NCBI RefSeq assembly: GCF_009914755.1 | Contig: NC_060926.1 | Origin: the human T2T-CHM13v2.0 reference genome, Homo sapiens | Strand: one strand, 5' to 3' | DNA length: 64,000 nt | In this document: in pieces, positions 41,956 to 64,000 of the stretch | How positions within the stretch are numbered: position 1 is the first letter of the stretch | Layout of the letters: every line of letters starts with the position of its first letter | The notes under the pieces: generated by a model | Databases searched by the model: none | Seen by the model: the letters and a program-made list of their open reading frames with translations, nothing else | What the model was told of the DNA's origin: nothing | Program-made: the position numbers and the translations under genes

Positions 41956-43252
41956 CTAGACCAACCATAAAAGATGAAATGGGATGGGGAGGCTCAAAGG
42001 ATGCTCTGAGGGAGCAGAAGCACTATGCTGCTCTTCATGCTCTAAAAGACTTAAGATCAGAGCTCCCTGGGGAAGAACTCTAGGAAACTGCACTCTCACC
42101 TCCATTCAGTGGGTAAGTTTTTCCAAAACTTTATCTATACAAAGTTGAAATTGGCAGAGAGATAGGTGCTAAAATGCAAGGAAGTTTTTTCCTAACTCAA
42201 ATGACATGTTAAATGTGACTTTTTTAAAGGTATAAGAGACACAAGATACATAAATATTTATCATTCACCGTTAACTAATCCATAGTGTTCATCTCACTGT
42301 GAAGCAAAATCTCAACTTAATATTACCAGACATATTGAAGAATAAGGAACTAGATTAAGACTTGCACAGTGCCCGAGACCAATGCCTTGTACTGACGGAA
42401 TGAATGAAGGAGTTGACCTAGGTGACATCTCATGAAAAGCATTTATTCTGATACATTCTTGGAACAAAAAGACACCCAGGCAACAAGCTCTCAACCTCAC
42501 AATGTAAAAAGGTTGTGACCAGGAAACTCCCCCAGATACATCCTTATTTATTTTACTATATTTCTAGAGATTTACGAAAAAATGTGAAAAATAAGAAAAT
42601 TATTCCTGATTTTGGCAGTCTTCTCTATCTTACAGTTTGTGTGGCAAACACTCACTTTCACTTCCTTGTTCAGTTAAGTTTCTGTTTCTTATTTCAGTCC
42701 CCACCTAATAGTGGGAATATTAACCTTGACAAGGACGACATTCATTTAAATGAGAATGAACCCTCCTAGATAATGTAATACAAATTAAATGTGGAAGGAA
42801 TATCTGAAAAGGAGAAACAGTGTCAATGTTCAGTTATTTGAGGCTTTCTTTGAAGAAAGCAATGCCAAGGACTCGAAAGATGAGAGGAACAAAGGGAATA
42901 AAAGGTGTTTAGAAGAAAAGAAATCCTCTAATCTACATTGCAACATGCAGAGGCAAGGCTGAGGCTGCATCATAGGTGGAGAGCATTAAATGACCCCATG
43001 CCCAAACAACCTGCTGAACAACCCCCACCTAACACCAAATGCTCTGTGGGAATGTTGAGTGCATTCATTCATTGGAGAATGTGACTACCATGTAAACTGG
43101 GAGTTGGGAAATTTGGGTTCAAGTGTGTCTTAACTCAGTGGAGCCTGGGGCTACTGCAATGCAAAGAAAAGAGAAGCAGAGGCCAGAGTTAGTGCAGTTT
43201 GCCCAGACCAGTCCAAATGGCCTGTGAACAAGATAATGCTGGGTTCTCCTGC
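41956..43252 (-). other. Retained GC-AG intron (TOR1B intron 2 equivalent, 1297 bp) in the pseudogene
   Basis: Begins CAG|GCAGGA directly after codons LYQ and ends atttcatcttttatggttggtctAG|GAC directly before DQLQKW, the conserved torsin exon 2/3 junction. Confidence 0.82.
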
Positions 43253-43571
43253 CTGGTACAGTTTTTTATCTTTTGCTCATGAGGGAAGTACAGAGTTAGT
43301 ACAAATAGGTGGAGAGTTACTCTTCAGGCCTTTTGAGTGAAGACGTTCAGCCACAATTTGGCTGACAAAATTCTTGCCTATGCCAGCTCAGCCACGTAAG
43401 GAAAGAATTAGTTGTTTCTAGGAATTTCTGTTGCTTCTGAAGCCAGTCAGTGCCTTGAGAATCACTTCCGCGGCAACATGCTGTCCAAACAGCTTCTCCT
43501 TCAAATCCAGCTTGAGGGCTCTAGGAGTCAGCTCCAGAATAGAGAAACACACCTTAAAAATGCGCCAGAAA

Positions 43572-45205
<1,634 letters not shown>

Positions 45206-45793
45206 GTGCTGATTTAAAGGATATAATTCAAGGAAGAGAGAGGGTAACTGATCACAGAGAAATGGTCTGATATGCAAGAAGGAAGGGTAAGCAAATAAAT
45301 TGGTAAATATATGAGTAAAATGAAATAAATATTAGCTGTATAAAACAATAGCAGTAATGTCTAATTTGGGGGTAAAATACAGGGGCAAAAATATGCACGA
45401 TGAGAGGGAGATGATCGGAGTTAAAGCATTCTAAGGTATTGTTTAGTGAAGGGTAGAGATACCAATTAATTTAGGGCAACCCCTAAAAGAAAATAAATAG
45501 ATTATACACTTTAAAAAAAAATAGAGTGGAAAAAAAAAAAACAAACCCAAAATCAGATAGTAAATGGGAGAAGCAAGCAAAGAAAAGGCAGGACAAATAG
45601 TAAACACCAAGTAAGATAATCAGAATAATCTTAATAATAATAAGGTCAGTAATTACAATAAATACAAACTTACTTCCTAAAATATACCAGCTAAAAAACA
45701 AATTATTGGACTAGATTGAAAAATTCCACTGTATGTCATCTCTAATATGCATACCTAAAAACAGTAATAATTGAGAGTAAAATAATGTTTAAG

Positions 45794-46542
<749 letters not shown>

Positions 46543-48072
46543 TACAATATACTGTTAATTAAAAAAAATTAGATAATGGAATCAGCAGGCATAGTATTAT
46601 CTCATTTATGTAAAATTTAAGTCTTTTCTCTGTGTATCATCTATCTATAGAGTTGTCTTGAAATAGGCTGACACTCATATCATTGTTGGAGGGATTGGTC
46701 ACAAAGGCATAAGCAGGCTAGTGCTAGATCAGCATAAGCCAGCATTAAAGTAAAGGTGAAGAGGATTTCAGAGGCTGTAAAGCTGTGGCACATTCTAGTT
46801 GGTTATCAGAAAGTCAAGTTAGAGAAATAAGGGATAAAAAATTGGTAATAATTGGGTAAACTCCAGGAATCAGTAGACATATATTATTGACCTAGAACAC
46901 TTGAGTATGGCTAATATTTGTTGGACATCATGTAAATGCCTTGGCTTGACAAAATCTTCAAGAATTCTATTTCTGGGCTTTCATACATGAACTTTTTTGG
47001 GTTATCTTATAGATAGATAATATGGCCCTAGGCAGTTAGGATAACTTAGATTGATGTTTCATTGGAGGTCAGGTCAAGAAACCAGAATGCAGTTTAGGGA
47101 GGGGATTAAAAATATTTAAAAAGAAAATCAGAATTCCCTTTATAAAAAATCAAATCTTACAAAGACTCCCTATATATAAATTGGTATTTTATCAGCATAA
47201 ATGTATTTTTAATATTTATGTGTTTTGAATACATACATTCATAGGGTTTGAAATTCAAAAGGATATGTAATTCTATCATTTTTCTTCCCTAAATAGAAGT
47301 GATGGCAATACTTTTCTGTATCTTGCTTTTGTTGATTATTGTATTTGAGCAATCATTTCACATCATTATAGAGTATTCCATTAATGGATGAACCGTGATT
47401 TTATGTAACCAATCCCCTATTTACAGACATTCAGTTTGTTTCCAATCTTTTGTTACTGCAAACAGTGCTAAAATGAATAATCTTGTACTTAAGTTATTTT
47501 TGTACATGTGTAAATATATATGTAGGATAAGGTCCTAGAAGTGAATTTGCTACTTTAAAAGATATGTAAATTGTGATACTGTCACCAAATTGCCCTCTAT
47601 AATGTCGATTTATACACTGACAAATGGCATATAAGCATGCTTATTTCTTCAAATTCTCATGAAAATGTGTCACAGAAAATTTTTGCCAATCATATAGGTG
47701 GAAAGTGACATCTCTGCATATTTGGGTTTCTCTTACTATGAATGAGGTTGATGTATTTTCATGTCTCAATGTCATTTATATTTTCTTTTCTGAAAACTGA
47801 CTGTGTATATCCATCCTCATTTTCTACTGAGTTATTGAATGTTTTTTTCTTACTGAGTTGTAGGAGTTTTCTATGTATGTAGAAAATTAACTCTACATGA
47901 TATGAGAAGCAAATATTTTTCCTCATAGCTATTTATCTTTAGAATTTGCATGTGTGTTCTTTTCCAAGCATACATTTTCTGTTTTTATATATTATTAATC
48001 TTTTATTTTTAGATTTTTTGGTTTTATATTATGCTTAGAAAAGCCATTCCTATTATTTTCTCCCCATGGTCT

Positions 48073-49210
48073 GTGTATTAATTATTAATTTATTGCCTCT
48101 CAACTCCAAATTCATCCTTCAGTACATGCTCTGTGATAAATTCCTTTAAGCATTTCTCTTTTACAGTGAGCACAATGTTAAGTTTTCTTAGTAAAGGGCA
48201 CTGGAGGGACATAAAGAGGCTCTCCTATTGTTACATGCAGCATACTGTGGGTCAGCTGTGGGGTATAGGGACACCTAATGGTGACCCATCCATGCATTCA
48301 GAATTCATAGTCTTTCAGTGACTTCATAGCCCTGCCTGGCCTAGTAATCGCCTTTCTGCAGCCCTTTCAACATGGACACCATATGATTCAGGCCTCCTGC
48401 CTGTACTAATGCCTAATTCCCTTTGCTTACTTGTTCCTCCCCGTGAGAAGTTTGTCTCCTGTGGCCATCTCAATGCTACTGCTCTTCCAACATGGAGAAT
48501 ACGTATTCTGGGCATCCTGCCTACACTCTCTCTGCATGCCTGTAAGCCCAGCCACCACTGTAGCTCACCTATCACTGGAGAGTAGCTTCCTGCTTTCCCA
48601 GGAACTGCAGACCAACTTTAGCCTTGACAAACTAGTGAACTCTGCCATCCAGTGGGTTACAAATACACATTCTGCAATTTGGTGTGAACCCCAGCCTCGG
48701 GAAGGGAGTCCCCCTTTCAAGTTTGACTTTCCTTAGGATCTCTCCCTTAGCCCTAGGGTACCATATAAATTCCCTTATATCTTATAGGTAATCTATTATC
48801 ATAGTTTAATATGTTAAGCTATATTTCAGTTTTTTTTTTTTTTTTTTTTGAGATAGGATCTTGCTTTGTCACCCAGGCTAGAATGCAGTAGTGATGCAAT
48901 CATAGCTCATGGCACTGGGCTCAAGGGATCCCCTCGCCTCAGCCACCTGAGTAGCTAGGATTACAGTTGCAGGCCACCATGTCTGGCTAATTTTTTATTT
49001 TTAAATTTTTTGTAGAGATGAGGTCTCACTATGTTGCTCAGGCTGGTTGTGAACACCTGGCCTCAAGCAATCCTCCCTCCTTGGCCTCCCAAAGTGCTAG
49101 GATTACAGGCATGAACGAACACGCCCAGCCTGTATTAAAACTTTTTACACAAACTTTCCTTGTTTAAATCACTGTGTGGTTTGTTTCCTGATTGTACTCA
49201 GACTAATACA
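48073..49210. mobile_element. ERVL-class solo LTR (LTR33/41/52-like) with internal AluJ (-, about 48830-49130), inside an L1M remnant
   Basis: Termini tgtgtattaattattaatttattgcctctcaactccaaattc and cctgattgtactcagactaataca. Confidence 0.6.
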
Positions 49211-50093
49211 ATCTGTTCTAGTACTTGTATAGTTTATTTTTATACTTTGCTCCATCAGGAATCTATGCTGGTAGATGCTGTGAGTATGGATCTAGCTTTA
49301 TTTTTCCCATATGGCTATCCAGCTGATCCAAACATTTATTAATAGCCTTTTTCCCAACTCATTTTAAATGCTATCTTTATTACACAATAAGTTCCCACAT
49401 ATATTTTTTAAAATGAACTTTAAATTGTATTCCATTACAATCTGTCTTTTCAATCTCCAGTATCACATCGTTTTGAATATCTGTTTAATATCTGATAGGA
49501 ATAGTCCCTGGATATTCTTTCTTTTAAAATTTGAACTTTACTAGCAGAATGTCTAGTTCTCCTGTTGGAAATTTTATAATTTTTGGGAATTGCATTACAT
49601 TTGTACATTAGGGATAACTGACATCTGAGTCTTCCCAAAAACGAATGGCTTTTTATTTGTTCAAGTCTCTTTTTGTGTTTCTCAATAGTATTGAACAATT
49701 TTTTAATTGGCAAAAGGAAAACTATATATATTTATGACATATAACATTGTTATTAATGTAAATATATCAATAGTATTTTAAGTCATATAAATCTTGCATA
49801 TTTATTGTTCATTTCATTCATAAGTATTTGATCATTTTGGTTATTGTGATGAAAAATTTTCTTCCATTATAACTTTTAACTTGTTGCTCTTAGACATATA
49901 AAGAGTACAAATATCTGTGTTGATTTTGCTGTGGATTATTTTGTTGTTTCAAATAATTTCCTAGTGGATTCTCTTGGGCTTTCTGGATAATCAAATAATC
50001 CGCAAATAACAATTTAATCTCCTCTTTTCTCATTTCATACCCTAATTTCTTTTTCTTGTATCACTACATCAGTGAAAATATCTAGAATACTTT

Positions 50094-51547
<1,454 letters not shown>

Positions 51548-51871
51548 CTAAACTTCCTTATCTTGCATGGGAATGTCTTTAGTGTTTTTCCATTAAGAAC
51601 AATACTAACTCTTGAATTGAAAAAGAAATGTATTATGCTAAAGAATAGCTATCTGTTTCTGTTTTATTAGAGTTTTTACAAAACAAAATTGGATGTTGAA
51701 TTTTATCAAATGCTTTTTCAGAAGTTACAGAGATGAACATGATCATAAGATGTTGCTTCTCCTTAGATAGGTTAACATAGTAAATTATATTAATAGATTT
51801 TCTAATATTAAAGCATATTTCAATTTTTGGCATATAATTCTTTTAATGTGACACTGGATTATATTGCCAAT

Positions 51872-52512
<641 letters not shown>

Positions 52513-52899
52513 TTTTTTTTTTTTTTTTTTAAGACAAGGCCTTGCTCTGTTGCCTAGGCTGGAGTGCAGTGGCATAATCATGACTTACTGCAACTTCAAC
52601 CTCTGGGGCTCAGGTGATCCTCCTGCCTTATCCTCCTGAGTAGCTGAGACTACAGCTATGTACCACCATGTCTTTTAAAAAACTTTTTTGTAGAGGTGAG
52701 GTCTCACTATGTTGCCCAGGCTGGTCTTGAACTCCTGGGCTTATGTGATCCTCCTTCCTTGGTCTCCCAAAGTGCTGGAATTATAGGCATGAGCCACCTC
52801 ACCAGGCTGGTATATAGGTATTCAAAACTGATATATTTTTAATAGGCTCCCCTTCCAACAAGCTTTCTATGCTAAATATCTTCAATGCACCTTAAAAAA

Positions 52900-53455
52900 A
52901 TTTTTATTTTATTTTAGGTTCTGGGATACATGTGCAGAACGTGCAGGTTTGTTACATAGGTAAACGTGTGCCATGGTGGTTTGCTGTACCTATCAACCCA
53001 TCACCTAGGTATTAAGCCCCACATGCATTAGCTATTGGTCCTGATGCTCTCCCTCCTCCCGCCTCCTCAACGGGCCCCAGTGTGTGTTGTTCCCCTCACT
53101 GTGTCCATGTGTTCTCATTGTTCAGCTCCCACTTATGAGTGAGAACATGCCGTCTTTGGTTTTCTGTTCCTGTGTTAGTTTGCTGAGTATGATGGCTTCC
53201 AGCTTCCTCCATGTCCCTGCAAAGGACATGATCTCATTCCTTTTTATGGCTGCATAGTATTCCATGGTGTGTATGTACCACATTTTTTTTTAATCCAGCC
53301 TATCACTGATGGGCACTTGGGTTGGTTCCAAGTTTTTGCTATTGTGAATAGTGCTGCAGTAAACACATGTGTGCATGTATCTTTATAACAGAATGATTTA
53401 TATTCATTTGGGTATATACCTAGTAATGGGATTGCTGGGTCAAAGGGTATTTCTC
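52900..53455 (-). mobile_element. L1PA 3' fragment (L1PA8-10-like)
   Basis: gggatacatgtgcagaacgtgcaggtttgttacataggtaaacgtgtgccatggtgg...aatgggattgctgggtcaaa. Confidence 0.88.
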
Positions 53456-54745
53456 AGTGTGCCTTCTTGATCACTCCGTACTCTACTCTGTTTTTGCCCT
53501 AGCATTAAAGTGCCATTGTGCCATTCTTAGTTTCATTTAATGCATTTTGCTTCAAATTCAACCTTGTCTGCAATTGATCGTAATTCTCTTTGTTTGGTTT
53601 GCCTTTGCCTAGTATACATTTGCCCACCCTTTTATTTTCAACCTTTCTGAATCATTTTGTTGTAGCTGTGTCTCTTGAAAACAACAGATTTGCTTTGTGA
53701 TCAAGTCTGTCTGTAAGTTCTAAAAAGCATCTGATATGACAGATATGTTTGTTTTTAGTTATATTATTTTATGGTATACTCTTTATTTTTACAGCTTTTA
53801 GAAAATCACTTTACTGTATATTTTATTTTTATTTTTTCTGTATGTTTGTCTTGTCATGATTAGGAAGGCCTGTATTTCTGCTTTAGTGATTATCTTTATA
53901 ACTCTGTGTAATTCCCTTAAGTTAATCTTTAGCAGTATCTATCAATTCACCACTATAGAAATGACAAAATTAGTGTATTTCCTCTTATTACTCTTACGCT
54001 CCCTTTATTGCAGCACTAACTTATAGTTTATTATATTATCTTTCTTGGGGTTTACCTTTATGCTGTTTAATATATTATATCTCTATTACTTGTCACCTTG
54101 AAGTGATTCCATTTGAATGCCAGCTATTAGAGAAAATGAGTATTATAGCTAAATTAGAATACTCTGAGTCCTAATATCTCATTGTAGATTATATATGATT
54201 TAAATAAGTTTTTTATTATAAAAAAGTAAAATAATTGGGAAGATCTTCACAGTAAGGGCATTCTTCTGAAACCCTGTTTTGAGGGGAAATGAATCATTCT
54301 GGTTGAAATTATTTATATTAACGGCACAATGGATATAAAAGGAATTTTAATATTAATTATGAATCCCTTCTCATGACTCCTTATAAAACATTCAGAATTA
54401 TTTGATTATACTCAAAAATTAAATATGAGAGGATATATTGAGGTATTCATTCTGAGTAAGATTTCCCACATGGTATCTTTCTCCATTTATATTTTAAGCT
54501 GCTTCTGCAGATGGAAAATGTCAAATATTTATATAGGTCAGTGACAATGGATTTAAGGTCATGTTTTTCCGTAAGCAAAGATTGGATTGTTCTATACGTA
54601 AGGTAATAGTATTGTTTCTGCAATTTTCTTAAGCTTTTAATTAGGGTTGAACTTATTGTTCGGTTGGAAAGAAATTTTGGCTTTCAATTTTTCCTGAGAA
54701 GCCAGTGAGGAGTCTGATTCCTGGTTAAAAACCTATGTGTGATTT

Positions 54746-55371
54746 TTTCAGGCCTGACCATAGGCAATTACAAATAATTTACCTGGCAGACCTCATGGGG
54801 AAAAAGCTGCCTTTGCCACACCAGACTTGGTGCACAGCCAATGCACTGCAGTCTCTGTAGGGAGTTGCAGTCAAGGATTCAGAACCCCTAGCTGGTCATG
54901 TTCTTGGAATATTTGTATTCCTAGCTCTGGTACTTTCATTTCTAGCTCTCTTCATCTGAGGCCTTGGGCCAAGTCCTCCTCAGGCCCTCTGTCAAGACCT
55001 CCTTGTGGCGGAAGGGAGAAGGAAGCCTTAAAGACACTTTTCCCTACTCTGAGTCACTACTCAGTACTTTTCCACTCCTAGCCTTCCCTCCTTGCCCTCC
55101 CCTCAACCCCAGGGTGCATAAAATTGCTAGAGCCTTTTGTTTGGGACTCCTTCAACAGTGAAACTATCCCCATGTCTGCACTTATCTTCAACCAGTGCAC
55201 AGTTCCATGGAGGAAATGGAATAGGGCGAGTAGGCACTTTCTCCAGTTTAGATTCTTGCTTATACTATTACTGTAAATAATCAAAGGCTTACCCTTTTAT
55301 TTGAGGCTTGATGTCGTTAATCAGCTACTATGACAGCTCAGCTCTTTCCTAGCTTAGTTGAGCTTCTGACA
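54746..55371 (+). mobile_element. Probable ERVL solo LTR (MER54/MER74-like)
   Basis: TATA-like cataaaa, poly(A)-like gtaaataatc and a ...gagcttctgaca end; family uncertain. Confidence 0.45.
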
Positions 55372-55554
55372 AGTCAGTGGTTTCTAGTGTAAAGCTGTCT
55401 GCCTTTTCTAGTGGAGTGATTAAAAGATTAAGGGATTCAACTAGGTCCAAATGTACTGAGGAGTGCCAGAAGGATATAACATAGCCACTTGAGGAGGAAA
55501 AAAAATCCTTTTACCCTTGTTTGGGACATGGGCTCATTTCCTAAGAAACCTCTT

Positions 55555-56540
55555 ATACTGGATATCTTCTATTTGCCCTTCCAGATCACTCTCTACTTTC
55601 TCTACCCTATTTTGTGCCCTAGGAAGGTGATCCATAGGGACTGATTCAATGAGGTCATTCACACTCTTACTTCCAGCTGGCTTTGGTCAATGGGAGGCAC
55701 CAGCAGGAGATCTGCATGTGGGAGGAAAGTGAGGTCAGGGTATTTCATCTCCTGATTTCCTCCTCACCAGATTGCCATGGGATGGCTGCATCCTTCTTCT
55801 GAAGGCAACATGATTCTTTGCTTGATCAAATTTTAGTCAGGCTTCTAAACCTTTTCTTAGGCCCATCTGTGCACTTCCTTGTAAAATTTCATTTTAGCAA
55901 AGAACCCTGCTAAGTCAGTTTGGCGAGAATCCCCTACTCTTAATGTCTGATCATTCTCAGTATCTGATTGGGTTCCTCATCCTGCACCATCCCCCAGGTG
56001 ATGTCTGATCACCCTGGCCTGTTTTCAGCAAGAATCCTGTAAGTCAGTTTAGCCAGAATTCCCCTTACCCCTGATGTTTCCTCTTAGTAATTATCTATCC
56101 ACTGATCCCCACAGGCTCCTTGGCTATATATTCCCACTTGCTTGTGCCATATTCAGAATTGAGCCCAATCTCTCTTTCCCATTGCAACATCCCATTGTCA
56201 TGGTCCTTATACCTATTGATGGATTTCCAAGGGACCAGTGCTATGGTCCCTTTATTTAGGACCATAACAACATACCTATTGTGTTGGTCCTCAGTAAAGT
56301 CTTTCTTACCATAATTTAACAATGTCATGAATAACTTTTTCTTTAACAAAGGCCAAAGATCCCGTCAGGCAGCCCTCTTCAGACAGTTCCCTCCTCTTCA
56401 GTCCTAGAGGTGGTATGGCTATTGCACCACCTAAACTCTGCCCACACCTATGTAAATATTCCCTTCTATATTTCTTTGAAAATTATTTGGTTTGAGTGTG
56501 CCATCTATCTGTTTCTTCCTAGCAATTTGACTGACTTAAC
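55555..56540. mobile_element. LTR33-like LTR with a nested MER31-like ERV1 LTR (55811-56348)
   Basis: ttggtcaatgggaggcaccagcaggaga...tttgagtgtgccatct flank tgattctttgcttgatcaaattttagtcaggc...ttttctttaaca. Confidence 0.7.
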
Positions 56541-56974
56541 AGCTCCTTACATAAATACTCAATTAAAAAGGAAAATAAAATCTAAAATACTTTTTAAAGT
56601 TATAAGCTAAAAGATAACAATAGATTTTAAAAACTACATTGAATACACACATCAATAAGCAAACATATTAGGATAAAAGTGAAAGTCATGGAAAAAACAC
56701 TTAGCATGATGCCATGTATGCAGTAAGCACTCCATAATATCAGCTTAATGTTATTAACATATTAGCAAATAGAGCGATTTGTCTGAATTGAGTGCCTGAA
56801 AATGACCAACAAATACCTTGTATATTTGTAATGAGAAGGTTGGTGGTTACTATAGAGGCAATTTCATAAGGGCAAAACTACCAGTAGGAAGTACCTGAGG
56901 ATTGAGCTCCCTCTCAGAAATCCAGGCTCTTACCACTTGACTTAAGGTGTTAGTATATCACCAGAAGGGAACCA

Positions 56975-61472
<4,498 letters not shown>

Positions 61473-62607
61473 AGGTACCAAATTCTGCTCAAACTGTAGA
61501 AAGGATCAGTTGAATTTCTTAAATAATTTTATCCTTTTCCCATCCCCAACCCAGCCTAAGTAACAATGCACAGACAAAATCCCCATACTTAGCACTGGAG
61601 CATTTATACTCAAAACTTTCCCTGTGTGACTTTTGTCAAGAAATAAACCATGAGTTGTTATAAGCCTAAGGTTCTGTCAAAGCAACCAGGGTATGTTCTA
61701 ACTCAAGAAGCATGAAGTAATATATATTATTTTCATTCTTTATAGTATCAACAGAGATGTTATCTTTCCACTTCCAATGAGGGAAACTAAGGCATTAATA
61801 AAAAAATAGATTTCAGTCATATATTACATTCATAATTCAGCAATGGATTTATGAAATTTCCTCTTTTGGAAATCTTAAATAAGACTTATATCCATTTGAT
61901 AACGTATATTAGCAGCAAGGCTACCTCAAGGAAGGAGATGCATAGAACCTCTGGAAGTCTTTCTCTTCACTATGATTCTGAATTTTATACAAGGGAGAAA
62001 GGGAAGATTGAAATTTTGAGGAGGAGCATAGATAATTGTTTATGTATGAAGGAGCTTTGTAAAGACACTGCCCCTGGCCCAGCCATTGCCTTCCATAACC
62101 CTAGGGGGCAGTTTCACCTGAGTCTATGTGGAATGTAGAAAAAATATTTTCATGTTTTTGCATAGTTAGGGCTTTCTGAGCAAAGAAAACTGGTACCTGG
62201 GTTAAAGGGCAAGTCTTGGAAGTTAAAAGATGATTGAATAGTCAGAGACCTCAGAAGAGATTTAGAGGCTTCCCTCCTTGTGTGTTTACATTTCAAAGGG
62301 CATAAAAGGAGTCAGTTGTTTACATTTCAAACATCTGTCAATGCCAAGGTTTCTCTCCCTCTCTCTGGAGTGGAGCTTGTAGCCTATTTATACTCCCAGA
62401 TTAATAATTTTGGATTTTCTCTTCAACAGTACACACCCCTATATATGCAGGATGCCCTCTGGCTCTCATGGTGTTACTCGGGGGCTACTGTGTGTGGAGA
62501 AGTAGTGCGGTTATTGTTATAAGTATTAATAACTGTGATCTCTATTCCAGAAACCTTACCACTGTATTTGCTTTCAGGGTAAAATGAATAAATATAGATA
62601 TACTTAC

Positions 62608-62847
62608 CACAAAAGGGAGGATGCACTCATGCTGATCTTGTACCATGTATAAACTGAACAGGGACATGCGGCTGGGGCCCATCAAGCTGCAGGCTAGAGA
62701 GAAGAAGTTCTGCAGAGCCTCACAGAGGTTGGTGCAGATGTCAGCCCAGGACGGTAGAGCAATGTGCACAATGAGAAGCCGTGGAGGTTGCTGGTCAATC
62801 TGAGTGTGAGTAGAGGGCCCTTTACCAGTAGTTCGCCCAGGATGCAT
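62608..62847 (-). CDS. M1AP: M1AP first coding exon, codons 1-80 (exon extends 5' to 62899 with 52 nt of 5'UTR)
   Basis: Translates MHPGRTTGKGPSTHTQIDQQPPRLLIVHIALPSW...QHECILPFV, recognised as the M1AP N-terminus. Start context GCTGCC-ATG at 62847. Acceptor tttccttccctatAG at 62900-62901; donor GTG|GTAAGT at 62606-62607. 240 nt, phase 0. Confidence 0.96.
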
Positions 62848-63015
62848 GGCAGCAAAACCAGAGGGGGAACTGTAGCCACCAGCTGGATATTCTTTACACC
62901 TATAGGGAAGGAAAGAGAAACCACTGGTTTTCAAACTGAATTATGTGTGCTCTGTTGAAATATAAAATACAAGTCGAGGGAAACAAATCCAGAAAGGAGT
63001 CAGATTGGGTACTAA

Positions 63016-63342
<327 letters not shown>

Positions 63343-64000
63343 TAACAGCTCCCAAGAGATCTAGATGTTTGCCTATCATGTAAGCCTGAGAATGCTTAGA
63401 GATGCTGAGTGGAACTAATCAAAAGTTACACCAAAAAACTCAAGCTTCTGTCTCAAAGTAAGCTATCTGCCCTCATAAACTTTGTTTCTTTATTGGCATT
63501 TATTGCACTCTATTACAATTTGTTTCTATGACTGCCTCTCCCACTATATTGTAAGCTTCCCAAGGGTAGAGAACCTGTCTTGTTGATATTATTCATCAAT
63601 GCCTAGCATATGTGTGTTTAGTACCTAACGAATAATTCTTAAAAATGAAAATATGACTACATTTCTCCTTGGTTAAAATTCTTTGGTTGTCTGAATCTCT
63701 TATAAGGTAAAATTTAAACTGTCTTTAAGACCTGTCATTACTTAATTGTTAGCCTCATTAGAAATTGTTCTTCGCCTCAAGATTTTCACGGAAACAATAC
63801 CAAATATATTCACTTTAGTGCATTTGCTCATGCTGCTTCTCTGCCTCCAATACTCCTGCCTTCTTTCTCTACTGGCTACTTATACTTATCCCCAGGACTC
63901 AGATTAGGAAGTGAGAACAATTGAGAACAAAGAACCAATATAAGGAATGAGAAAGGGACATCATCACAAATGCTCAAACGTGAAAAGGGTTATAGGAGGA

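Larger units (their letters stand above)
39491..43571 (-). pseudogene. TOR1BP1: Torsin 1B pseudogene (TOR1BP1-like), partially processed retrocopy
   Basis: 43253-43518 encodes ALKLDLKEKLFGQHVAAEVILKALTGF...G*AGIGKNFVSQIVAE...KLYQ (degenerate Walker A). 41425-41955 encodes DQLQKWIHGNVSA...KAIFIF..DLITEIALDFW..REDI*LKDLEPV..NKHSGLW...LDFH*, with stops and frameshifts. Followed by a long 3'UTR-like region, AATAAA at 39535-39540 and an A-rich tail at 39491-39514. 5' boundary unresolved; symbol assigned from memory. Confidence 0.9.

Noticed and set aside
48186-48206. CTCF-like motif inside the ERVL LTR (ctagtaaagggcac)
   Set aside because: Several core mismatches to CCASYAGRKGGCRS; too degenerate to call.
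62848-62934. N-terminal extension of the M1AP ORF in the ORF track (MKTSGFSFLPYR...)
   Set aside because: Starts at a non-ATG codon in the intron and crosses the splice acceptor at 62900; the ATG at 62847 is the start.

Overview
Primate (almost certainly human) genomic DNA, dense in Alu, L1, LTR and DNA-transposon repeats. The window lies inside the meiotic gene M1AP (meiosis 1 associated protein, minus strand). Four consecutive coding exons (62608-62847, 37536-37721, 29623-29791, 4242-4415) splice in frame through GT-AG sites and encode residues 1-256; the first non-coding exon and the 3' exons lie outside the window. The 24.9-kb intron after the ATG exon holds two retrocopies, both co-oriented with M1AP. 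One is a fully processed TVP23B/C pseudogene with target-site duplications (TSDs) and a poly(A) remnant. The other is a TOR1B (torsin 1B) pseudogene that appears only semi-processed: exons 3-4-5 are fused and polyadenylated, but a 1.3-kb GC-AG intron 2 and the 3' end of intron 1 are retained. Its intact phase-0 acceptor and poly(A) signal could form a cryptic terminal exon for M1AP. Other points are a weak donor on the frame-preserving 174-nt exon, a VWA-like pattern in the M1AP N-terminus, re-used Alu target sites, nested transposons and a Z-DNA-prone tract. No RNA genes, CRISPR arrays or intact autonomous mobile elements were seen. Gene and repeat names come from recognition by eye, not database searches; repeat boundaries are approximate.
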